IMG/VR virus record: IMGVR_UViG_3300027886_000011 | Coordinates: 1-31,800 of that record | Length of the DNA stretch: 31,800 nt | Reading direction: 5' to 3' (one strand) | Source of the DNA: a virus | Lineage: Duplodnaviria; Caudoviricetes | Part shown: one piece after another, positions 7,187 to 16,972 of the stretch | Position numbering within the stretch: position 1 is the stretch's first letter | Layout of the letters: the number at the start of each line of letters is the position of its first letter | Position numbers and translations under genes: made by a program | The notes under the pieces: generated by a model | Told to the model about the DNA's origin: nothing | The model's database searches: none | Seen by the model: only the letters and a program-made list of their open reading frames with translations

Positions 7187-8863
7187 ATGCCTTTTCAGTT
7201 AGTAGATGGTAATAAAGTCTGGGAGCCTAACAAAAGGCAGACAGACTTCATCAAGATTCCCGACTCGATTTTCGAGGCGATGTATGGCGGAGCAGCAGGA
7301 GGGGGTAAATCAGAAATCCTCTTAATGCTTCCCATTGTTAGAGGTTGGTATCAGAATGCAGTCTTCAAAGGAATCATATTCAGGCGCACCTTCCCAGAGT
7401 TGGAAGAATCGCTTATCCCCAGATCGAGAGACATCTACCCACTTTTCGGAGCTACCTACAACGACACAAAACATCGCTGGACATTTCCGTCGGGAGCCTG
7501 GATTCAGTTCAGCTATATGCTGCGCGCTGAAGATGCTAGATCCCACGACACCGCGGAATACAATTACATAGGATTCGATGAACTCACGGCGTTTGAGGAA
7601 TTCCAGTATGTCTTCCTTACGTCAAGATGTAGAACTTCGGATTCTTCTCTACCTGCAATCGTTCGCGGTGCTACTAACCCTGGTAACGTCGGTCATGCTT
7701 GGGTTCGTCGTCGCTTTGTCGAACCTGCTAGAGCAGGATACACCAAGATCTTTGACAGAGCAGCCAAAAGCTACAGAATCTTCATCCCCGCCAAGCTGAC
7801 AGACAATCAGTTCTTGATGCAGGCGGACCCTAACTATATCAACAGACTCCAATTACTACCACTTGCGGAACGTAAGGCTAAGCTCGAAGGTGACTGGTGG
7901 ACCTTCACCGGTCAGGTATTCGACGAATATCGGTTCGAGCACTTCGCGGGTGAGCCACAAAACGCGCTCCATCTCATTGATCCATTTCCAATTCCAGCTT
8001 ATTGGCCTCGGATTGTAGGAATTGATTGGGGTCATGCAGCGATGACTTGGATAGGTTGGGCGGCCGTTGCGCCTAACGGACAAGCATTCATTTACCGTCA
8101 ATACGGCCAGAAAAACCGAAAGATTGTTGACTGGGCTAGCGATTTTGTTCGTATCTCCCAAGAAGAAATCATAGATTCTGTAGTGATCGACCCGTCCGCT
8201 AAGCGTCGGGAAGGGGATTTGAAAAGCATTCTCCAACAATTCTCAGATGTATTGAATCCTCCTAATCTAGAACAGAGGTTCAAGATACAGTTAGCAGATA
8301 ACGATCGCATCAGTGGTAAAATGCTGATGCATGAATACCTGAGATGGCAGCCAAAACCACCTCGTATCGTACCGAAAGAGGGCTATTCGATTGAGACCGG
8401 TGCGCGTATCTTCAGAATCTACGGAGAAAAGGCATATAAAGAATATGCCTCGATGTTCGAGCCGGAAAAGCCGGAAACGAATCTCCCGAAGCTCCAGATT
8501 TTCAAGAATTCGCGCATGTACGTGGACAAGAATCTTGGAGCGCTCGAAGATGTTCTCCCGCTCTGCATCTATGACGACACCCGGATGGAAGACGTCATGG
8601 AATTCGATGGTGATGACCCGTATGATGGATGTCGCTATCTCGTAAAAGAGATACATCGCTGGGTCGAGCAGAGCATTACAGTAAGTGAAGATCGAGAGAA
8701 GCTCAATGCAGTCCTTGAATTTCTCCAGAACACGGGAGATATGACCGGCTTCTACAGAAAAATGGAGAAGCTGGAACGAGATAAGAAACATAGTGAGCGT
8801 CCAGTCAAACTATTCCATAAAAGACCGAGAAGGTCAAGATATCCATACTATGTAGCCCACTAA
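7187..8863 (+). CDS. terL: Terminase large subunit
   Basis: Walker A GGAAGGGKS, Walker B IGFDE, coupling motif ATNPG, nuclease GIDWG and C-terminal DDPYDG. Confidence 0.95.
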   Translation: MPFQLVDGNKVWEPNKRQTDFIKIPDSIFEAMYGGAAGGGKSEILLMLPIVRGWYQNAVFKGIIFRRTFPELEESLIPRSRDIYPLFGATYNDTKHRWTFPSGAWIQFSYMLRAEDARSHDTAEYNYIGFDELTAFEEFQYVFLTSRCRTSDSSLPAIVRGATNPGNVGHAWVRRRFVEPARAGYTKIFDRAAKSYRIFIPAKLTDNQFLMQADPNYINRLQLLPLAERKAKLEGDWWTFTGQVFDEYRFEHFAGEPQNALHLIDPFPIPAYWPRIVGIDWGHAAMTWIGWAAVAPNGQAFIYRQYGQKNRKIVDWASDFVRISQEEIIDSVVIDPSAKRREGDLKSILQQFSDVLNPPNLEQRFKIQLADNDRISGKMLMHEYLRWQPKPPRIVPKEGYSIETGARIFRIYGEKAYKEYASMFEPEKPETNLPKLQIFKNSRMYVDKNLGALEDVLPLCIYDDTRMEDVMEFDGDDPYDGCRYLVKEIHRWVEQSITVSEDREKLNAVLEFLQNTGDMTGFYRKMEKLERDKKHSERPVKLFHKRPRRSRYPYYVAH

Positions 8864-8876
8864 CAGGAGATTGACG

Positions 8877-9035
8877 ATGCTACTTATTCTCCTCGTTCTG
8901 CTGATTCTCCTCGTGTTTACTGGTCCCTGGTATCCTTACAGTCGAAGTTGGGGTTATGCGCCAAGTGGACTGATAACTGTCATTCTAATCATTCTGATTC
9001 TGTATTTTCTCCTTGGTGGTCGTGGGAGGCTCTAA
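8877..9035 (+). CDS. DUF3309-like small membrane protein (52 aa)
   Basis: Read by hand: AGGAG RBS; MLLILLVLLILLVFTGPWYPYSRSWGYAPSGLITVILIILILYFLLGGRGRL carries the PxxPYSRxWGYxPSG signature between two TM helices. Confidence 0.8.
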   Translation: MLLILLVLLILLVFTGPWYPYSRSWGYAPSGLITVILIILILYFLLGGRGRL

Positions 9036-9036
9036 C

Positions 9037-9396
9037 TTGATTGATTGGTTTAAGAGTCTTTTTGTCCATACATATACTCTGCCTCAACCTTGCGCGGGTT
9101 GCATGGCTCGACAGGCGCACATCGAGGACTTGCAAAACCTTCTCAAGTCTGAGCGAGAAAGTTATGCAAGTCTACTTGCGATTGTAGTACCAACGAGCCG
9201 AAGTCAACCTACTGAGCAGGTCACCGAAGCCGAACTGAAGCCATTGAGGAATAATCTCTCGATATCTCAGCTCAGAAGAATAGCAGAACAGAGAGAACGT
9301 GAGCAGCATCCCAATGCTAACAAGGAATATTGGGAGCGCGTGCAGGCCGACTACGACAAGGCAGGAAAACTTCCTACTGTTGAAGTAAATGGCTGA
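9037..9396 (+). CDS. Hypothetical protein (CxxC plus coiled coil)
   Basis: GGGAGG RBS before TTG at 9037; overlaps the next start. Confidence 0.65.
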   Translation: MIDWFKSLFVHTYTLPQPCAGCMARQAHIEDLQNLLKSERESYASLLAIVVPTSRSQPTEQVTEAELKPLRNNLSISQLRRIAEQREREQHPNANKEYWERVQADYDKAGKLPTVEVNG

Positions 9397-12300
9397 AGAC
9401 TACGAAGGATTATACGGTCGCGCTCTCCGTGCGCTTACAGGCGTGCGTGACTGGTACTCTGAGCAAACCGATCCTAATCGTCCTCGCAAACGTGGTGCTG
9501 TCGACGTTAATCTTCCTGTAGCGCCACCTGTAGAAAAACCTTGGTATGAGAAGATTACTTCTCCCCTAGAGCTCGCAGAACAGATTGGTAGAAAGTCTGT
9601 TGAGCCAGTTAAGGCACAGGTTAAATCCGCTGGGGGTAAACTCGCAGGTGCTCTCGGTGCAACCTCGGAGAGTTCAGGGCGCGCGTTTGGCGCGGCATTA
9701 GACGTATTCGATCCAAGAAATACAGGTTCTGAAAAGAAGCCTGTGTCAGATATCGCTTGGGAAGGTCTGAAAGGTGTCAGATCAGGATATGAAGCTGGGT
9801 TAGGAGCTACTTCTGCGTCACAAGAATTCACGAAGCGCGCCTCAGAAGAGACATTGAGAGGCGCTAATCCTGTACAACGTGGAATGCTAGGTCTTGGTCT
9901 TGACGTAGTAACTGATCCAACCAATCTAGTTCCAGAGAAGTATCTTGCCACTGGCGCTGGTGCTCTGCTAGGTGCAGGAGACATTGCTCAGACAGCTTGG
10001 CTTACTCCTAGTCTCTGGAAGAAAGCTCGTGGTGTTGAGGGTTTCTCGCATAACCTGAATTACGCTAGTGACGCTGAAAAGATTCTTCAAACTGGCTTTG
10101 GAGTACATTCTGGTGAAGATGTACTTGAGCGTATGGGTCATGCAGGCTATTACACCCCTGCTCAGGCTAAGACAGCTCGTGCATCAGGCCAAGCTCCAAA
10201 AGGTCTTTCCAACCAGAGCTATTCCTACGATCCACAATTACCCATAGACTTTCCAGAGACTACTAAAGTTTTAGATGTCCGGATGGCCCCTGTGCCTCGT
10301 GAGGATATCGATGTAATTCTTTCTAGGCTTGATCCAGTTCAAGATAAGAATTATATAGAGTCCATCGAAAAGGCATGGGAAGCTCAGCGTCCTTATGCTG
10401 AAGCAGTACCACATGCGGACGTCAGGTCAGGTAAGATTAAGCCTGAAGTTCTCGCAAAACATTACAAGACTCTGAATGCAGATCCGGTAGCGAGAAAAGC
10501 TATTGAAGATCTCAATTCCCTACTAACTTATCCTAGTCATAGCGATGTGGGAGGATATGTAGGTCAAGTTCATGGTATAGGTGGTGTGCCTGGAAAGACA
10601 GGGACATCTGCACTCAATCATCCAAGTATGCCGATGGAGTATGGTGCGATCCACTATAGTGACTATGTGGCTGGTCATGGTTATGATAAACAGGGATCGA
10701 TAGCATTTGATCCCAGACAAACTCTAGTTGCTCCCCCAGGAACTACTCTAGATCCTAAAAAGACTCCTTGGCAACCAATGGGACTTGCTCCAGCAGGCAC
10801 GCCCAAGGGAGATTATGGGTCATCATACTTCAAAGGAGTTATACCATCAGATGCTCCAGGTGGAGTATCAGCTCCACTTCCAGGACAGGCTCCTAGCGCT
10901 CCTGTAGTGCAACCACCGACGCCATCTCCAGCGATTGAAGCTCAACAATGGGTAGAACAGAATGTCGAGCCGCCAAAGAATTATCCTCCAGGTGGCCCTG
11001 CATTCATGGGTAAGCCTATCTCAGTATATGAGCAAGGAACTCTCAAAGAGCTAGAAGCTGCTGGCAGACCTCTAGATGCATTACAGACTGAAAAGCTCAA
11101 GGCTGTAAAGCTTTATGAGTCTGGTCAGGCTCCTGATAGCTCAATTATTCCGGACGCCGCAGATCTAAATCGCCCAGCTACAATGGGGCAGCACTGGAAT
11201 GATGTGCAGAGTATTTTCGAGGAGGCACCAGGATTTGATGCGGAGGGATTCATTAACTGGAATAAAGGAAATCCTGATCTGACTCCAGCACAACTTCATG
11301 CGAATGCAATTGACGAACTAGAGCAGGCTGGATTTACTGAGGCAGCTAATGATCTTAAACAGTTGTGGGACACTAAGGTTAAGGCTGAATCTCCTTATAC
11401 GCCAAGCACTCATCCTGCACTTGCTGATTTTATAGACGATGTTGAGCCAGTTGTAGAAAAGGTAGATGTGTTTGATCCTGGAAGTGGGAAGTCCTTTGGA
11501 ACTTTCGACTCACAGGCTCAAGCGGATGCCTTCATAAACTCGCATCCTCAAAGACAATTTCTAGACTCTGCTCCTCATGATCCCCTGTACATGGCAGGAG
11601 AGACTGAATTCCCGTCAACGGTACAATATGAAAACCTAGATGTTGCTGGGGAGAATTTCGACGCACTCATGAAGGGTGCTACGAGGCAACCTGCTCCAGG
11701 ACCGAAACTTATCAAGAAACCCGAGTTGCCCCCTGCTCTGCCTGAGGGATTTGGAGGCTTTGACGATATTCCTGAGCCTGCTGCTCTTAGCCCGATGGGT
11801 AAAGAATCCATCGGAGTTCTAGATGCTGAAGGTAGTCTAGATTATCTGAGGAATACCTATCCAGAAGTTGCAGAGAACTTTGCTAAGCACAGTGGGACAG
11901 AGATGGGTAGCATCGAGTCCCATACAAAGGATGTGCTTAAACAATGGAAGACTCAATTAGCTCCAGAAGAACTTGCAGACATCTCCAATCGTTTTGGGAC
12001 AGATGTAAATGCCTTGCTGAATGTGGCGCTCCCACTGCATGACATTGGAAAGCCTGGTGCTCTGGCTGCTGGTGACAAAACCATGCAGCACGCGCACACC
12101 ATTCCTATAATGCAGGACGTTCTAGCAAAGGAAGGTTTTGACGAAAGAGAGATTGCTCTTGCTACAGAGCTTTTCAATCATGACATGATTGGTTCTCTTC
12201 TGCAAGGGTCGAGTAAGCTCACTCCACAAGGAGTCGCAGATCAGATCGCAAAGAAAGCTGACAAGCTCAGCATGAATCCTTCTGATTTTGCTAAGCTGCA

Positions 12301-13189
12301 ACTTGCTTTCTTTCAGGCAGATGCTTCATCGTATCCTTTTGTCACGCAATACATGAAGCAACAGCCAAATGGTGGCTGGATATCAGGTAGCCCTAAAGTT
12401 AAACCTATTGAAGATTTGATTGCAGGACCTAGTGCTGTTAAGAGCGCGCCAGCGACTGTCGAGACAAATTATACGCTCAAGGTTCCTGAAGATGAAGCCA
12501 TCGACATGCTCGGTGGCACAAAGAATAAAGCAATCTATACCAAGGGTGGTCAGGACTATTTGTTCAAGGAAGCTAATCCACCTTACTTCGCAGATCAAGA
12601 GGTAAGTGCAAATAAGATTTCTAATCTGTCAGGCTTGCATCCTATTAAGATAGAAAAGAGCACGATGGGTGGTAAGCCTGGGACGATGCAAGCTGCTGTA
12701 GGAAACAGTTTCAACTGGCCTACGCTCAAGGAAGTTGATCCTAAAACACTCACTGCTGAGGAGCTTCGAGACATAATCAGAAATCATCCTGTAGACTGGC
12801 TTACAGGAAACATGGATGCTCACGGTGGTCAGTTCCTAAAGACTCCGAATGGTATCGTGGAGGTCGATCGGGGGCGCGCCTTTAAGAGCTATGGAGGTAA
12901 TAAGTTAGATGAAGATTTCAATCCTACAGGTGGACTTGGCTACGAGGATCAGTTATACAACGTCATAGTAAAAGAGTACAAGAAGGGTAATCTACCACAG
13001 CTAACTGAGGGAGATATTAAGACTGCTCTTGATCAAACGATTTTCAAAATGGAACAGAATCATGGTCCTATTATGCAAGAGATTTATAGGGGCCTAGATC
13101 GTAGTAATCAAACAAGTCTTTATACTGTTGCAAATAAGCGAATGCTGAATCTACGAACTGACATGTTTAAGTTCTGGTCTAAGAAATGA
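9389..13189 (+). CDS. Large polyvalent protein: ART-like, HD phosphohydrolase and HipA/PI4K-like kinase domains
   Basis: SH...AEKILQTGF...GHAGYYT...YGAIHY...IAFDPRQ (ART-like); HT...LHDIGK...H...HD...D (HD); LGG...YLFKE...E...DWLTGNMDAHGGQF...VDRG (kinase). Confidence 0.7.
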   Translation: MAEDYEGLYGRALRALTGVRDWYSEQTDPNRPRKRGAVDVNLPVAPPVEKPWYEKITSPLELAEQIGRKSVEPVKAQVKSAGGKLAGALGATSESSGRAFGAALDVFDPRNTGSEKKPVSDIAWEGLKGVRSGYEAGLGATSASQEFTKRASEETLRGANPVQRGMLGLGLDVVTDPTNLVPEKYLATGAGALLGAGDIAQTAWLTPSLWKKARGVEGFSHNLNYASDAEKILQTGFGVHSGEDVLERMGHAGYYTPAQAKTARASGQAPKGLSNQSYSYDPQLPIDFPETTKVLDVRMAPVPREDIDVILSRLDPVQDKNYIESIEKAWEAQRPYAEAVPHADVRSGKIKPEVLAKHYKTLNADPVARKAIEDLNSLLTYPSHSDVGGYVGQVHGIGGVPGKTGTSALNHPSMPMEYGAIHYSDYVAGHGYDKQGSIAFDPRQTLVAPPGTTLDPKKTPWQPMGLAPAGTPKGDYGSSYFKGVIPSDAPGGVSAPLPGQAPSAPVVQPPTPSPAIEAQQWVEQNVEPPKNYPPGGPAFMGKPISVYEQGTLKELEAAGRPLDALQTEKLKAVKLYESGQAPDSSIIPDAADLNRPATMGQHWNDVQSIFEEAPGFDAEGFINWNKGNPDLTPAQLHANAIDELEQAGFTEAANDLKQLWDTKVKAESPYTPSTHPALADFIDDVEPVVEKVDVFDPGSGKSFGTFDSQAQADAFINSHPQRQFLDSAPHDPLYMAGETEFPSTVQYENLDVAGENFDALMKGATRQPAPGPKLIKKPELPPALPEGFGGFDDIPEPAALSPMGKESIGVLDAEGSLDYLRNTYPEVAENFAKHSGTEMGSIESHTKDVLKQWKTQLAPEELADISNRFGTDVNALLNVALPLHDIGKPGALAAGDKTMQHAHTIPIMQDVLAKEGFDEREIALATELFNHDMIGSLLQGSSKLTPQGVADQIAKKADKLSMNPSDFAKLQLAFFQADASSYPFVTQYMKQQPNGGWISGSPKVKPIEDLIAGPSAVKSAPATVETNYTLKVPEDEAIDMLGGTKNKAIYTKGGQDYLFKEANPPYFADQEVSANKISNLSGLHPIKIEKSTMGGKPGTMQAAVGNSFNWPTLKEVDPKTLTAEELRDIIRNHPVDWLTGNMDAHGGQFLKTPNGIVEVDRGRAFKSYGGNKLDEDFNPTGGLGYEDQLYNVIVKEYKKGNLPQLTEGDIKTALDQTIFKMEQNHGPIMQEIYRGLDRSNQTSLYTVANKRMLNLRTDMFKFWSKK

Positions 13190-15693
13190 CAAATAGCGCA
13201 GACCCGGAAGACGAGATCCTCGCAGCTGAGCTGAAGCAAGCTCTCGACTTTATCATTCTCCAGGTAGATTCAAGGGACCAGTTCGCGCGCGATCGAATGA
13301 TGAAGGTCTACAAGCGGAATGAGTTTTTCTGGGAAGGGATGCAAGGTATCTACTTCTCTGAAGTCGCGCACGATTGGCGGTTTATTTCGGAGAACTATGA
13401 TGAGGACTATGACTACGCCGAGGAAGCAGACATCGAAAACAAAATCGTTAACATCTACAAAGCCCACGGCGAAGTTATCATATCTGCAATCTCTCAAGCA
13501 ATACCGGCAACTCGTTTTTATCCCAGCGATGCCGATGAAGCTCAAGACATTTACACTGCTCAGGCTTACACACGCCTCGCTGAACTAATAAGGAAGCATA
13601 ATAAAGCTCCTTTCCTCTTTATGAAGGCTATTGGCCTTCTGTACAATCAGGGCATCATAGCAGCATACACGTTTAACGACCAGAACAGTAAGTATGGTAC
13701 AGAGACCGTACAGCACTTTCGTCAAGGCGTGCTGAAGAATCAGGTGGGATATTGCCCAGAGTGTGGGGAGAACCTAGCTGTTCAGCCGATGAACACCAGG
13801 AACGTCTCTGATTCCCTCGGTGGCGCCCCTCTTGAGGAAATGCCGGTGCCCGAGGGCGCCGAAACTTCGATCGAGAACAGTGCTAATACACAAGTAGAAC
13901 CTCCGACAGAACCACCTCCTGCAGAACTTCTGATGGAAGGTGGACTGCAAGGCATTCCTGATGAGGCAATGATTCCTCCACCTGAAGAAATTGGTCCGGC
14001 GTCTGCACCGGGCCTGATGGAACCTCCTCCACCTAACGCAGAGATCTGTCCCAATTGTGGATCGAACGTAACTCCAATGATCGAGACAGAGGAAGAGCCT
14101 GTTCAGGAACTCGACTGGGAAGAAACTGTAGCAAAGTCTCGTCAGATCATCGAATTGTATGGTGCAACCAATGTCCAGATCATGCCACGAGCTAGGACGC
14201 TTCAGCAGTCTGGTTATCTCATTCTAAATGATGAGCACGATGTCGCTGAGATGCAGGAGAAATTTCCTCATATTGCAGACAAGATCGTTGCTACTGCGGA
14301 TAGCGAACGATACGACAGGTGGGCGCGAACTCCCAGTAACATTGGATCAGATTCGGATGAGGAAGTTTGCACGTGCCGTCAAGTTTGGCTCCGTCCATGG
14401 ATGTTCAATAAGATTGGGAAGCTGGACGATGAGCGCGTGGTGGCACTCAAAGCTCAGTTCCCAAATGGACTACGAGCTATCTACATCAACGACGTCTTAG
14501 CAGAGGTCAATGATGAGGACATGGACGACTACTGGACCGTTTCGGTTGATCCTATACTTGATCGTGTTCATGGACAGCCTTATGCTAATCCTATTGTTCC
14601 TATTCAAGAGATGACTAATGAAGTATTCCAGCTTACCGTCGAAACCATCCGACACGGTATTCCAGAGACATTCGTGGATTCTAGTGTCATTGATCTTCAA
14701 AAGTACAGATCAATGGAGGTTAGCCCTGGGTCTTTATACCCTGTTAAAGCCCCCGTCGGAGGGAATATTGGGGCGGCTTTTTATACCAATCGCGCGGCTC
14801 TTCTATCCAGGGAACATAAAGAATTCCACGACGATCTACAAACTGCTGGTCAGTTTGTACTCGGAACTGTACCGTCCGTCTATGGAGGAACAATGCAAGG
14901 AGGCTCAGACACAGCCTCCGAATACAGCATGAGTCGGGCGCAAGCTCTGCAAAGATTACAGATTATCTACAAAATGATCTCGTTCTTCTGGACAGATGTC
15001 GAGAGCAAAGCTGTAAAAGGCTATGCTAAGAATATGAAGACTGACGAGAAAATCGTCAAACAGCAAGGCAAGAATTCCTTTGTGAATGTGTGGATTCGCA
15101 AAGCAGAGATGAATGGTGAGGTTGGACAGGTCGAGCCAGAACTCAGCGAGCAATTTCCTCTTGCTTGGTCGCAGAAGCGTGACATCATTATGCGTCTGCT
15201 TGAACTGAACAATGAGGCACTCAATGAGGCTCTCTTCCATCCCGAAAATCGTCATACTGTTGCTGATCTTGTTGGCATTACTGAGCTAACAGTCCCGGGT
15301 GACGCAGACAGGAGTAAGCAACTATACGAAATCTATGAACTGCTGCAGGGTCAACCCCAACCTGTCGGGATTAATCCAATGGACGGAACTCCAATCCTGG
15401 AGTCTACTGTTCCTGTTGAGATGGACGTTGACGAGCATACAGTCCATATCGCAGTTATCAAAGAATGGTGCGTTTCTGAAATCGGGATGGATCAGAAGAT
15501 GACCAACCCCGGTGGCTACATGAACGTAGTTGCTCATCTGCAGAATCATGTCATGATGCAAGAACAAGAGATGATGAAACAGATGATGATGCAAGGGGGC
15601 GCGCCACCTCAAGGTCCACAGCAAGGATCGCCACCTAAGGCCAAAGATACAGAAAACATTCCAGCTCCGAAAGGTATAGCAAATGTTCCCTAA
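13186..15693 (+). CDS. Portal protein with split zinc-ribbon insertion
   Basis: Position between TerL and scaffold/capsid, size, portal-like motifs (IVNIYK, HGQPYANPIVPIQEMTN, GSDTASE), Gln/Met/Pro-rich C-terminus. Confidence 0.85.
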   Translation: MTNSADPEDEILAAELKQALDFIILQVDSRDQFARDRMMKVYKRNEFFWEGMQGIYFSEVAHDWRFISENYDEDYDYAEEADIENKIVNIYKAHGEVIISAISQAIPATRFYPSDADEAQDIYTAQAYTRLAELIRKHNKAPFLFMKAIGLLYNQGIIAAYTFNDQNSKYGTETVQHFRQGVLKNQVGYCPECGENLAVQPMNTRNVSDSLGGAPLEEMPVPEGAETSIENSANTQVEPPTEPPPAELLMEGGLQGIPDEAMIPPPEEIGPASAPGLMEPPPPNAEICPNCGSNVTPMIETEEEPVQELDWEETVAKSRQIIELYGATNVQIMPRARTLQQSGYLILNDEHDVAEMQEKFPHIADKIVATADSERYDRWARTPSNIGSDSDEEVCTCRQVWLRPWMFNKIGKLDDERVVALKAQFPNGLRAIYINDVLAEVNDEDMDDYWTVSVDPILDRVHGQPYANPIVPIQEMTNEVFQLTVETIRHGIPETFVDSSVIDLQKYRSMEVSPGSLYPVKAPVGGNIGAAFYTNRAALLSREHKEFHDDLQTAGQFVLGTVPSVYGGTMQGGSDTASEYSMSRAQALQRLQIIYKMISFFWTDVESKAVKGYAKNMKTDEKIVKQQGKNSFVNVWIRKAEMNGEVGQVEPELSEQFPLAWSQKRDIIMRLLELNNEALNEALFHPENRHTVADLVGITELTVPGDADRSKQLYEIYELLQGQPQPVGINPMDGTPILESTVPVEMDVDEHTVHIAVIKEWCVSEIGMDQKMTNPGGYMNVVAHLQNHVMMQEQEMMKQMMMQGGAPPQGPQQGSPPKAKDTENIPAPKGIANVP

Positions 15694-16960
15694 GTTTCAA
15701 TTGTTGTTTGACGATTCTGACGCACTCGGTGGTCCTACTGGGGTATCTGACTCAAAGTCTGACCTTGAAATTCTAAGTGAAGATGACGAACCAGCTGATG
15801 ATGAGGCAGGTGTAACAGAGGAAGAACCTGCTACTACTGAGTCTGATGAGCCTGGAGAAGTCACTTTTGATGAAGAGCCTGTCGAGGAAGAGAAGCCTGA
15901 GGAGAAGATTGTCGCAAAGGAACCTGAGACAGACGACACTGAAGTTCCAGAAGGACAATTACGTTTTAAGGACGTTAAGGCCAAGTTTCCGACTATCTTC
16001 AAGGAATTTCCAAAGCTTGCTGAGTCGATACGCAATGACCGTGCGTATTCTGAGATATTTGCGACACCGGAAGATGCCCGAGATGCCGCTCAACGGGCAA
16101 CCTACTTCAATCGTTTGGAGAACACGATCCTTGGTGGTTCTATCAAGGAGTTGCTTGCTGATGTTGAGCAGGGAAACAAAGATGCCTACAACAAGGTAGT
16201 CAAGGATTTCCTACCAACTGTCAAGTCCAAATCGATGGAATTGTATGCAGAGATAACTCTGCCTGCGGTCAACGATGTTCTCAAGAGTGCTATTCGGGAC
16301 GCGGCTGGAACTGATAACACCAATCTACGAAACGCTGCACTTCATATCGCAAAATACCTTTACGGCAAGCCTGAGATCCCCGACCTCGATGCCAAGAGAG
16401 AGGTGCCCAATGAGGCAGAAGAACGGGTCAAAGCGGAACGGAGCGCGTTCTGGCAAGAAAAAGCCGCCGACTTCACAAACGAATGTTACGGCGAAGGTCG
16501 GGAAGAAGCGATCAAAGAAATCGCGAAAGGGATAGATTCTGATAAAAGTATTTCTCCATTTCTAAAGAAGACCCTGAAAGATTCCATCTTTCAGGAGGTT
16601 GATCAGCTTCTAGCTAAAGATACTCGTCATCTTCGCCAAATGAATGCTCTGTGGCGCAAAGCAGAAGCGACCGGGTTTCCAAAAGAGACACGTAGGGAAA
16701 TCATAAACGCCTACCTACGGGGCGCTAAGTCTCTGATTCCGTCGGTTCGACAGAAGCTCCGCGCTGAGGCAGGCCTTCAGGTCAGTTCAGCAAAACCAAC
16801 AACAACCGAGACTATACAGAAGCGAACTAACATTCCAGCATCAGGTCGTGGCGCTGTCTCCGCCGGTAAAACCCCTTCGGCAAGGGACGTCAATTGGAGC
16901 AAGACCAGCGACCTCGATTTCTTGAATGGCAAGTATACGCCGAAGAGGAAGTCTCAGTAG
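15683..16960 (+). CDS. Capsid scaffolding protein
   Basis: Very acidic disordered N-terminus, helical body, directly upstream of the capsid gene. Confidence 0.7.
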   Translation: MFPKFQLLFDDSDALGGPTGVSDSKSDLEILSEDDEPADDEAGVTEEEPATTESDEPGEVTFDEEPVEEEKPEEKIVAKEPETDDTEVPEGQLRFKDVKAKFPTIFKEFPKLAESIRNDRAYSEIFATPEDARDAAQRATYFNRLENTILGGSIKELLADVEQGNKDAYNKVVKDFLPTVKSKSMELYAEITLPAVNDVLKSAIRDAAGTDNTNLRNAALHIAKYLYGKPEIPDLDAKREVPNEAEERVKAERSAFWQEKAADFTNECYGEGREEAIKEIAKGIDSDKSISPFLKKTLKDSIFQEVDQLLAKDTRHLRQMNALWRKAEATGFPKETRREIINAYLRGAKSLIPSVRQKLRAEAGLQVSSAKPTTTETIQKRTNIPASGRGAVSAGKTPSARDVNWSKTSDLDFLNGKYTPKRKSQ

Positions 16961-16972
16961 GAGTTACCTGTC

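Noticed and set aside
13186-15693. Intein in the portal or terminase
   Set aside because: No C/S...HN-C/S/T splice junctions or embedded endonuclease motifs seen
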